From: Clostridiales bacterium
Lineage (GTDB): Bacteria > Bacillota > Clostridia > Oscillospirales > Oscillospiraceae
Assembly (NCBI GenBank): GCA_021203325.1
Contig: JAJQBL010000007.1
Location: 4,285-68,284 of the forward strand
Length of the DNA: 64,000 bases
Direction of reading: 5' to 3'
The position numbers and the translations under genes are program-made. Shown piece by piece: positions 56,181 through 64,000 of this stretch; positions within the stretch are counted from its first letter, which is position 1; every line of letters starts with the position of its first letter. The notes under the pieces are model-generated. The model was not told where the DNA came from. It made no database searches and saw nothing but the letters and a program-made list of their open reading frames with translations.

Positions 56181-58400
56181 TTACAGCTTCCGGTACTCCG
56201 TGGGGGTCAGGCCCTCCAGCTTGCGGAAGTTTCGGGTCAGCGTGTCCACGCTGCTGTAGCCCACACTTTGCGCAATCGCCGCGACGGTCATGTTGGTGTT
56301 CTTCAGCAGCTCCTTGGCCTTGGCGATGCGGCGGAAGGAGATATACTCCGCAATGGTGCGGTTGTACTCCTTCCGGAAGAGGCGGGTCAGGTACTGGAAG
56401 CTGATGTTGGAATCCTCACAGACGGCGGCGACATTCAAATTCATGTCGTACAGATTGTTTTCAATGTAATTACAGGCGTGCAGGAGCAGGCCGTCCTCGC
56501 TGCGGGTGTTGGAAGTGTGCTGCTCTGCGATTTGGCCGAAAATTTCCGCGGCGGCCTCGTTCAGCTGGGAGACGGAGTTGGCATTGTTCAGCAGCGTGAC
56601 GGCGTGCTCGGACACCTCCGGCGGGAGGTTGGCCGACAGAACGCCCTCCGCCAGCACGTTTGCGATGGAGACCAGGCGATGGCTGGCGGTCACATAGTTC
56701 GACCGGAGGGGCACAACGTGCTCCGCCAGGATGGCGTTCACCATGCCGGGCACCAGGTCGAACTTCTCTGTCAGCGTGGTGTTGATCAGGATGTGTTCCT
56801 TGCGGAGGAAGGTGCCGTCCAGCAGCATGGCCTGATTGGAGTCCAGGTCCTCCTGGAATACCACCTGGGCCTTGCTGTCAATGGAGTGCAGGAAGCTGTG
56901 CAGCTGCAAAATCTCCTGATAGGCGTCCGGCAGCGCGGCGGGGTTTGGGCACAGACTGCTGACGATGACCTGGGTGTGAATGTTGTAGGTTTCCCGGAGC
57001 AGATTGTTGACCTCTGTGCAGACCCACTGGACGTTCTCCCGGAAGTCCTCCTCCCGGTCGGCGCCAAAGACCATCAGAATGTTGGAATGATCTGTGCAGG
57101 AGGTGAAGCGCAGCTTCCCGCCGGACAGCCCCTCCAGAGAGGAGTTGATCATGACGCTGATCATGGCGGAGACGTCGCTCTTCCGCCGCCTTCCCGGCAG
57201 CAGCTCCTCAATGTTGGACAGGGAAAAGGCCACCACATAGTACTTGCCGCAGGGGGACTGGAGTTGTGCCTGGGCCAGCAGCGCCTCATCCGGCTCCGGC
57301 TCCAGATACTTTCCAAACAGGATATTCCGCAGGGTGGTGCTGACAGCCCGCCGGTCTGCATCGTCCTGCTGCATCCGAAAGTCCGTCAGGGCGGAGCGCA
57401 CTTTGGCCAGAACTTCCTCATAGCTGCCATAGGACGTGCTGTTTTGGGGCAGCGCGTCCACCAGCGAGGAAATTTCCTGATAGCGTTTGGACAGGCTGCG
57501 CCAGACATAGGCAACGGCCAGGGCCAGCAGCAGCAGGAAATATACGGCAAAGGCAATCAGGATCACGCGGAGGGGCTTTGCGTACTCGGCGTCCAGGACG
57601 GCCACCATGTAGGCGTACTCGCCCTCCTCCAGGTAGGCGCAGGACACCTGTGCATCCAGAAATTCGTTGACGTAGTCGTTATCATACCAGTCCGGGTCTT
57701 CCGCCACGGTGGTGGAAAAGACGGAGCAGAGGTAGTGACCGCTCTCCTGACTGAACAGGCAGCAGAAGTCGGCCTCCAGGTCATAGAAGAGGTGCAGGAA
57801 CTCCCGGGTCTTCATGGAGACGACCATGTTGCCCAGCGCCTCGCCGTCCTCTCCGTAGATGGTGATGACGAAGTAGGGGGCATAGCCGCTGCCGTTCAGC
57901 AGGGTCAGCTGGCGCTGGCCGCTGGCGATGGGGGACACCAGATCCGCCTCGTCCGCCCCCAGCCGGGACTGGATGGCGCTGAGGGAATCATAGGAGTAGT
58001 AGCCGCTGCCGGCGAAGATGTGGTTCAGCCGGGGACTGATCACATAGATCTCATCCACATAGGTGCTGGCGTCCCGGACGGAGGCGATGAAGCTGCAAAG
58101 CTCCAGCGGCGCTGCGGCGTCCTCATCGCCTTCCAGCATGCTGAGAAAGACCGGGCTGCCCAGCAGCACATCGCTGGCGAACTGCAGGTCGCTGAGCATC
58201 GTGTCGCACTGCGCCTGGAAGTGCTGCACCAGGAGGGACAGATGATCGTCCTCCTGCTGCACCACGACGTAGCGCACGCCCACCAGCAGCGACACTGCCA
58301 TCACCAGAGAGAGCAGCAGATAGATGAAATAGGAACGCAGGTCCCACAACAGCTTCCGCCACTGGCGCCGGAAAGATTTTATGAAATGTTCCCTCGGCAT
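56181..58400 (-). CDS. AraC-family transcriptional regulator with N-terminal TM segments and a large sensor region
   Basis: 739 aa. The C-terminus is a double HTH (ISFQYLTRLFRKEYNRTIAEYISFRRIAKAKELL...AAIAQSVGYSSVDTLTRNFRKLEGLTPTEYR). Two hydrophobic segments flank a ~250-aa putative extracytoplasmic domain. Confidence 0.85.
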   Translation of the reverse strand: MPREHFIKSFRRQWRKLLWDLRSYFIYLLLSLVMAVSLLVGVRYVVVQQEDDHLSLLVQHFQAQCDTMLSDLQFASDVLLGSPVFLSMLEGDEDAAAPLELCSFIASVRDASTYVDEIYVISPRLNHIFAGSGYYSYDSLSAIQSRLGADEADLVSPIASGQRQLTLLNGSGYAPYFVITIYGEDGEALGNMVVSMKTREFLHLFYDLEADFCCLFSQESGHYLCSVFSTTVAEDPDWYDNDYVNEFLDAQVSCAYLEEGEYAYMVAVLDAEYAKPLRVILIAFAVYFLLLLALAVAYVWRSLSKRYQEISSLVDALPQNSTSYGSYEEVLAKVRSALTDFRMQQDDADRRAVSTTLRNILFGKYLEPEPDEALLAQAQLQSPCGKYYVVAFSLSNIEELLPGRRRKSDVSAMISVMINSSLEGLSGGKLRFTSCTDHSNILMVFGADREEDFRENVQWVCTEVNNLLRETYNIHTQVIVSSLCPNPAALPDAYQEILQLHSFLHSIDSKAQVVFQEDLDSNQAMLLDGTFLRKEHILINTTLTEKFDLVPGMVNAILAEHVVPLRSNYVTASHRLVSIANVLAEGVLSANLPPEVSEHAVTLLNNANSVSQLNEAAAEIFGQIAEQHTSNTRSEDGLLLHACNYIENNLYDMNLNVAAVCEDSNISFQYLTRLFRKEYNRTIAEYISFRRIAKAKELLKNTNMTVAAIAQSVGYSSVDTLTRNFRKLEGLTPTEYRKL

Positions 58401-58696
58401 GATAAAAACACCACCACAGAATTTCAGATGATGGAATCCTGTTCAAGAGCAGCTTGCGCTTTCTCTTAAAATGAGCGGTCGACTTTCTACAAATGCCTGT
58501 ATGAATATCGGCCACATATCCCTTGTGGCAATTCTACAATAAAAAACCGGGCGAATGCAAGGGCAAATGAGCAAATAAGACAAAAATGCGGGTCAAATAA
58601 AATTTGCGGGCTGCTATTTTTAAAAATAGTTTTATGAAATGAAGGCCAAAAAATTTACAAAAGTTTCACAAAAAACGGCGGCACAATTTCTGCTTC

Positions 58697-58724
58697 TTTA
58701 CAAAAAGAGCGTTTTTTATATAAT
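58697..58724 (+). promoter_or_regulatory. Candidate promoter of the ABC importer operon
   Basis: TTTACA (58697-58702), 16 nt, TATAAT (58719-58724). Confidence 0.5.
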
Positions 58725-58875
58725 GGACACAAGAACCAGGGCGCGGCAGGGCGCGGCTGTCCCGGCGGACGCCGGCAGTTCCCATCTTGCCACATATCCC
58801 TTATATGTGTCCGACGGAGCCAGCCCACCCTGCGATCTGAAAATCTTATCATTCAATGAAAGGAAGAACCAAACC

Positions 58876-60555
58876 ATGAAAAAGCACGCGAAATTCCTCT
58901 CCCTGTTTCTGGCCCTGGCCATGTGCCTGAGCCTCCTGGCCGGGTGCGGCAGCTCCGACTCCGGCAGTTCCGGAGGCACCAGCTCCGGTTCCGACGACAC
59001 TTCAAGCTCCGCCGACGCTTCGGAGGACAGCGGCAGCGGTGACGAAGCGGAAGAAACAGACGGTTACGTTCTGGATGAACTGACCGTCTCCTGCAGCAGC
59101 GACGGCGGCACCTTTGACCCCTACACCCGTGGCGGCTGGGGCAAGATGGCCGTGGGCGACCTGATCTTCCAGTATCTGGGCGACCTGGACAATGAAGGCA
59201 CCGTACATTGGACCATTGCCAAATCCGTGGAGGCCGAGGACGACGGCCTGACCTACACCATCACTCTTTGGGACTGCGTCTATGACTCCATCGGCAACAA
59301 CATCACCGCCGAGGACGTGGTTTGGAGCTTTGAGAAGTACCGTGACGAGGGCCTGGGCTCCAGCTTTAACTTCGATCATTGGGAAATCATCAGCGATTAC
59401 GAGCTGCAGTGGGTCTGCACCTCCGAGTTCGTCGCCGGCGAGCTGGAGAAGAACCTGACCAACTTCCCCATCCTGGATCAGGAGACCTATGAGGACTACT
59501 GCGGCGGCACCATGGCCAACAACCCCATCGGCACCGGCGCCTATGTGCTGACCAGCTACACCGTCGGTTCCGGCTTTGTGCTGGAGGCCAACGAGGACTT
59601 CTGGATGAACAGCTTGGATGAGGACGACGTGGACCTCTGGGTCTACAGCTATCAGAACGTCCGTCAGATCAACTATGAGATCATTCAGGATACCTCCTCC
59701 ATCGCCATGGCCCTGGAGAACGGCGACATCGACATTGCCGACACCCTGAGCAACGCGGACATCACCGCCTTCTCTGAGAATGACGACTTCAACATGGTTC
59801 TGATGCCTGTCACCGCGGCCACCGGCATTATCTTCAACTGCAGTGACGACTCCGTCTGCGGCAGCCTGGAAATGCGTCAGGCAATCTGCTACGCACTGGA
59901 CTGCGCCACCATCGCCGCCAACTGCGAAGCCTTCCCCACCTATCAGGTTTACGGCGTCGCCCCCAACGGTGTGGACGCACCGGAGAACTGGCTCACCGGC
60001 GAGGACCGGGACTACTATGACTACGACCTGGAGAAGGCAAAGGAGCTGATGGAAGAAGCCGGTTACAACGGCGAGACCATCACCCTGGCCTATGGCAGCT
60101 CCACGCTGAACGACTACCTGGCCACCACCATCCAGTCCATCCTGAACGAGGCCGGCATCATCGTCGAGCAGGAGCTCTGGGACAAGACCGTGGAGGACCA
60201 GAAGAAGTATGAGACCACCGAGTGGGACATCCGCCTGAGCACCTTCGGCGGCGGCACCTATGTCAACCAGATCATCAAGCAGTTCAGCGCTGACAGCGTT
60301 TCCGCCTACCTGGAAGAGGGCATGAATATGTTCTTCGACATCAACCCCGCCGCTGAGGATCTGCACTACGCCGTGCGGAACGAGGGCACCGTGGAAAGCA
60401 TGGAAGCCTGGGATGAGGAGTTCACTTACAACTGCTGCTACGCCTACGCCGTCATCGGCTACTCCAACCAGACCGCCTGCCGCGCCGGGCTGAACGTGCC
60501 CGTGGGCAAGTCCAACGAGAGCCTGATGCCCAACGCCGTGACCCTGGACGAATAA
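58876..60555 (+). CDS. ABC transporter substrate-binding lipoprotein, family 5 (peptide/nickel)
   Basis: Lipobox LLAGCGSS plus a Ser/Gly/Asp-rich linker, ~560 aa. The ATG at 58876 follows AAAGGAAG. The track start at 58639 lies in AT-rich non-coding sequence. Confidence 0.9.
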   Translation: MKKHAKFLSLFLALAMCLSLLAGCGSSDSGSSGGTSSGSDDTSSSADASEDSGSGDEAEETDGYVLDELTVSCSSDGGTFDPYTRGGWGKMAVGDLIFQYLGDLDNEGTVHWTIAKSVEAEDDGLTYTITLWDCVYDSIGNNITAEDVVWSFEKYRDEGLGSSFNFDHWEIISDYELQWVCTSEFVAGELEKNLTNFPILDQETYEDYCGGTMANNPIGTGAYVLTSYTVGSGFVLEANEDFWMNSLDEDDVDLWVYSYQNVRQINYEIIQDTSSIAMALENGDIDIADTLSNADITAFSENDDFNMVLMPVTAATGIIFNCSDDSVCGSLEMRQAICYALDCATIAANCEAFPTYQVYGVAPNGVDAPENWLTGEDRDYYDYDLEKAKELMEEAGYNGETITLAYGSSTLNDYLATTIQSILNEAGIIVEQELWDKTVEDQKKYETTEWDIRLSTFGGGTYVNQIIKQFSADSVSAYLEEGMNMFFDINPAAEDLHYAVRNEGTVESMEAWDEEFTYNCCYAYAVIGYSNQTACRAGLNVPVGKSNESLMPNAVTLDE

Positions 60556-60590
60556 TTTCTGAACCACAGCCAGACACATAACAAAACCGT

Positions 60591-60618
60591 CAGGGATACC
60601 GCACCGGCGGTATCCCTG
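60591..60618 (+). other. Intercistronic 12-bp hairpin after the binding-protein gene
   Basis: cagggataccgc-accg-gcggtatccctg with no U-tract. This is the typical placement for an mRNA-stabilising or attenuating hairpin in ABC operons. Confidence 0.5.
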
Positions 60619-60641
60619 ATTCAAAAGAGGAGGTAAGATTT

Positions 60642-61604
60642 GTGGTAAGATACGTCATTCGCCGGTTACTGATCACCATTCCCATCATCGTTGCCGTGGC
60701 CATCATCGTGTTTACGCTGATGTACTTCGTCCCCGGCGACCCCGCCGTCCTGATTCTGGGCGAGGCGGCCTCTGAGGAAGAGCTGGCAGCCATGCGTGAA
60801 TACCTGGGCATCAACCGGCCCTACATCGTCCAGCTGCTGGACTATCTGAAACAGCTGTTTATCGACTTTGATCTGGGCACCTCCTGGATCTACAAAACCA
60901 ACATCTCCACCGAGCTGTATAACCGTATGCCCACCACCTTCGCCATCTGCGTGTACAGCATTCTGGTCAGCGCCTGCCTCGGCATCCCGCTGGGCGTCAT
61001 GGCCGCTGTCAACCAGGACCGCTGGCCGGACAAGCTGGTGCTGTGGATGTCCAGCATTTTCACCTGCATCCCCAACTACTGCTGGGCCCTGCTGTTCATC
61101 GTCGTGTTCGCCCTGAATCTGGGCTGGTTCCCCATTTACGGCGTCAGCCAGGGGTGGAAGTCTTATGTGCTGCCGTGCCTCTCCATCCTGATGGGCAGCT
61201 TTACCGGCCTGGCCCGGCAGACCCGCTCCAGTATGCTGGAGGTCATCCGGTCGGACTACGTCACCAGCGCCAGGGCGCAGGGCTACTCCCGCAACACGGT
61301 TTACTACCTCCACGCGCTGCCCAACGCCCTGATCCCCATCATCACCATTCTGGGCACCCAGTTTGCGGCGGGGCTTGGCGGAACCCTGATTCTGGAGACC
61401 ATCTTCTCCATCCCCGGTGTCGGTCTGTATGTCACCGGCGCCATCACCAAGCGGGACTATCCGGCGGTCATGGGCTGCGTGGTGTTCCTCGCCATCCTGT
61501 TCTGTCTGATCATGCTGGGCGTGGACGTCCTCTATGCCGTAGTGGATCCCCGTGTCAGAGCGCAATATGAAGCAAAAGGTGCGAAAAGGAGGCATAAAGC
61601 ATGA
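60642..61604 (+). CDS. ABC transporter permease (DppB/OppB-like)
   Basis: YVIRRLLITIPIIVAVAIIVFTLMYFVPGDP N-terminus. GTG start 7 nt after GAGGAGGT. Confidence 0.9.
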   Translation: MVRYVIRRLLITIPIIVAVAIIVFTLMYFVPGDPAVLILGEAASEEELAAMREYLGINRPYIVQLLDYLKQLFIDFDLGTSWIYKTNISTELYNRMPTTFAICVYSILVSACLGIPLGVMAAVNQDRWPDKLVLWMSSIFTCIPNYCWALLFIVVFALNLGWFPIYGVSQGWKSYVLPCLSILMGSFTGLARQTRSSMLEVIRSDYVTSARAQGYSRNTVYYLHALPNALIPIITILGTQFAAGLGGTLILETIFSIPGVGLYVTGAITKRDYPAVMGCVVFLAILFCLIMLGVDVLYAVVDPRVRAQYEAKGAKRRHKA

Positions 61605-62506
61605 CGGCCAACGAAGTAAAGACCCCCGGCACCGGGACCCCTCCTGTGGAAGAAGAAGAGCGCAAGCAGTCCGGCACCCGCGAATTCCTGAGCCGGCTGG
61701 CGCATAACCACCTGGCCATGTTCGGCGGGATTGTGTTCCTGATTATCATCATTCTGGCAGTTTTCGCAGACAAAATTGCCCCCTACGATTACATGACCAT
61801 CAACATGGACGAGACCTACCTCCGTCCCAGCCTGGAGCATCTGTTCGGCACCGACCAGTATGGCCGTGACATCTTCAGCCGCGTGCTGTACGGCGCGCGC
61901 TGGAGCCTGCTGCTGGGCTTCGGCTCCACCATTTTCAGCACCGTGTTCGGCATCATCGTGGGCAGCATCGCCGGTTACTTCGGCGGCATCGTTGACTCCG
62001 TCATCATGCGGTTCATCGACATCCTGCAGTGCATCCCCGGCACGCTGCTGACCGTTTGCATCGCCGTCATCCTGGGCTCCGGCATGTGGAACACCATCTT
62101 CGCCATGGGCTTTGGCGGAATCTGGGGCACGGCCCGTATGCTCCGAGGTCAGATTCTGACAGTGCGGGGCCAGGAATATGTGGAGGCGGCGAAGGCCACC
62201 AACTGCAACGATTTCCAGATCATTACAAAATATGTGCTGCCCAACTCCATCCAGCCTATCATCGTCCAGTCCTGCAGCCACATCGGCGGCGCAGTGACCC
62301 AGGCCGCCGGCCTGAGCTTCCTGGGCCTCGGCATTCAGCCCCCCTATCCGGAATGGGGCGCCATGCTGAATGACGGCCGGGCGTACCTGCGTTACTATCC
62401 CAATATGCTGCTGGCCCCCATCGTCATGATCGCGCTGACCGTTCTGGCCACCACTTTCTTCGGCGACGGCCTGCGGGATGCGATGGATCCCAGACTGAAA
62501 GAGTGA
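61601..62506 (+). CDS. ABC transporter permease (DppC/OppC-like)
   Basis: HLFGTDQYGRDIFSRVLYGAR motif. Its start overlaps the upstream stop. Confidence 0.9.
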   Translation: MTANEVKTPGTGTPPVEEEERKQSGTREFLSRLAHNHLAMFGGIVFLIIIILAVFADKIAPYDYMTINMDETYLRPSLEHLFGTDQYGRDIFSRVLYGARWSLLLGFGSTIFSTVFGIIVGSIAGYFGGIVDSVIMRFIDILQCIPGTLLTVCIAVILGSGMWNTIFAMGFGGIWGTARMLRGQILTVRGQEYVEAAKATNCNDFQIITKYVLPNSIQPIIVQSCSHIGGAVTQAAGLSFLGLGIQPPYPEWGAMLNDGRAYLRYYPNMLLAPIVMIALTVLATTFFGDGLRDAMDPRLKE

Positions 62507-62519
62507 GGAGGTGTCTGCT

Positions 62520-63632
62520 GTGAACTTTGAACATCGGAAAGAGAGACCGGAGGACGGCAAGCATCGTCACGGAGACGGCGACGGACGCCGCCATCACGGC
62601 CATCGGGGCGACCCCGGCAAACAGTTTCACCGGGGCGACAAACTGCTGAAGGTAGAAGACCTGTCGGTGGAGTACACCTCCGGCAAAAAGGTGGTTCACG
62701 CCGCCAACCATGTTTCCTTTGAGCTGAACCGGGGCGAGTCCCTGGGCATCGTGGGCGAGTCCGGCTGCGGCAAATCCACCGTGGCCAAGGCCATCCTCCG
62801 CATCCTGCCCGACCGGGGCGCCCGCATCAGCGGCGGCAAAATCATGTTCAAGGGCGAGGACCTGGTGACCATGCCGGAAAAGACCATGGAGAAAATCCGC
62901 GGCGCGGAGATCTCCATGGTGTTCCAGGACCCCATGACCGCCCTGAACCCGGTCAGACGCATCATCGACCAGGTCAGCGGCGTCATCCGCCTGCACAACC
63001 CTGAGCTGACCAAGAAAGAGGCGGAGCAGCGGGGCATCGACATCCTGGGCACCGTGGGCATCACCCCCGACCGGGTGCGGGACTATCCCCTCCAGTTCTC
63101 CGGCGGTATGCAGCAGCGTGTGGTGGTCGCCATCGCCCTGTGCTGCAACCCGGAGCTGCTGCTGGCCGACGAGCCCACCACCGCCCTGGACGTGACCATT
63201 CAGGCCCAGGTGCTGGAGATGATGAAGGGCCTGATGACCCAGCGCAACACCGCGCTGATTCTGATCACCCATAACCTGGGCATCGTGGCCGACACCTGCG
63301 ACAACGTGGCTGTGTTCTACGGCGGCGAGATCGTGGAGTACGGCAGCAAGGAGGAGATTTTCAAGAACCCCTCCCATCCCTACACCATTGGCCTGTTCGG
63401 TGCTGTGCCGGATATCCACTCCAAGGTAGACCGGCTGACGCCGGTGGCCGGCATCATGCCGGAGCCCTCCGACCTGCCTGCCGGCTGCAAGTTCCACACC
63501 CGCTGCCCCTACGCGACCGAGTGCTGCATGAACGGCGACGTTCCGGTGGTGTCCCTGGGCGGCACCCACATCTGCCAGTGCCATAACATTCAGACTGTGC
63601 AGGAAGCAAACAAAAAGGAGGCGACGGCATGA
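62520..63632 (+). CDS. ABC transporter ATP-binding protein (OppD/DppD-like) with a His/Arg/Gly-rich N-terminal extension
   Basis: Walker [10 protein letters not shown], signature FSGGMQQR, Walker [13 protein letters not shown]. The GTG at 62520 lies 8 nt after GGAGG. No alternative start codon exists before the conserved LLKVEDLSV. Confidence 0.88.
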   Translation: MNFEHRKERPEDGKHRHGDGDGRRHHGHRGDPGKQFHRGDKLLKVEDLSVEYTSGKKVVHAANHVSFELNRGESLGIVGESGCGKSTVAKAILRILPDRGARISGGKIMFKGEDLVTMPEKTMEKIRGAEISMVFQDPMTALNPVRRIIDQVSGVIRLHNPELTKKEAEQRGIDILGTVGITPDRVRDYPLQFSGGMQQRVVVAIALCCNPELLLADEPTTALDVTIQAQVLEMMKGLMTQRNTALILITHNLGIVADTCDNVAVFYGGEIVEYGSKEEIFKNPSHPYTIGLFGAVPDIHSKVDRLTPVAGIMPEPSDLPAGCKFHTRCPYATECCMNGDVPVVSLGGTHICQCHNIQTVQEANKKEATA

Positions 63633-64000
63633 GTACATTGGTGGAGGTCAAGGGGCTGAAACGCTACTTCGACGTCCCGAAGGGAACGCTTCACGCCGTG
63701 GACAATGTGGATATGGCCTTTGAGGAAGGCACCACCATGGGCGTCGTGGGCGAATCCGGCTGCGGCAAAAGCACCCTGGCCAGAACGATTATCCATTTGC
63801 AGGAGCCTACCGACGGCAAGATTTACTTAAACGGCAAGGATGTCACCCATGTGAGCAAGCGTGAGCTGCCCAAGCTGCGGGAGCAGATGCAGATCATCTT
63901 CCAGGACCCCTATATGACCCTGAACCCCCGGTATACCGTAGAGGACACATTGAAGGAGCCGCTGGCACACTCCGGCCGCTATGACAAGGGCTCGCTGGAC
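63629..64000 (+). CDS. ABC transporter ATP-binding protein (OppF/DppF-like), 3' end outside the window
   Basis: The ATG at 63629 overlaps the upstream stop. The product begins [14 protein letters not shown]...[14 protein letters not shown] and remains open to the window end. Confidence 0.85.
   Translation, partial: MSTLVEVKGLKRYFDVPKGTLHAVDNVDMAFEEGTTMGVVGESGCGKSTLARTIIHLQEPTDGKIYLNGKDVTHVSKRELPKLREQMQIIFQDPYMTLNPRYTVEDTLKEPLAHSGRYDKGSLD

Noticed and set aside
1-64000. A search by eye for tRNA, rRNA, tmRNA, CRISPR arrays, IS elements with terminal inverted repeats, integrases and prophage genes.
   Set aside because: None was found. There are no T-loop-like GGTTCGAATCC strings, no rRNA-like conserved blocks, and no transposase or integrase translations in any ORF.

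Overview
This is a 64-kb chromosomal window from a high-GC Gram-positive anaerobe. The taxonomic guess (Clostridia, Oscillospiraceae-like) is inferred from GGAGG ribosome-binding sites, gene order and GC, and was not searched. About 90% is coding. The housekeeping backbone includes a radical-SAM pair, rplS, rbgA, rnhB, yraN, thrC, tig-clpP-clpX-lon-engB, a malic enzyme, dinB, an FMN riboswitch with ribU, a Zn/Mn ABC transporter, tagD, a CBS-pyrophosphatase, dus, ilvE, prmA, a Na/Pi symporter and icd. There are three accessory blocks. The first is an AT-richer TetR plus two-hydrolase islet (28.9-31.9 kb). The second is a decayed mobile-element and polymorphic-toxin remnant (47.8-50.4 kb). The third is an AraC, three-hydrolase and MATE cluster divergent from a peptide/nickel-type ABC importer (50.5-64 kb). 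The most unusual feature is a ~1.35-kb stretch with no credible ORF (42.6-44.0 kb). On the minus strand it is framed by a near-consensus promoter and a strong intrinsic terminator. It contains six tandem ~112-nt modules, each carrying a perfect Shine-Dalgarno sequence, and most also a 3-5-codon mini-ORF, a CU-rich tract and a hairpin. I could not assign it to any RNA class I know and flag it as a candidate novel large ncRNA or mini-ORF array. Five genes are disrupted: three by frameshifts in homopolymer runs and two by in-frame stops. This needs read-level verification. No tRNA, rRNA or CRISPR array was seen. All family calls come from reading the translations, and no database was queried.
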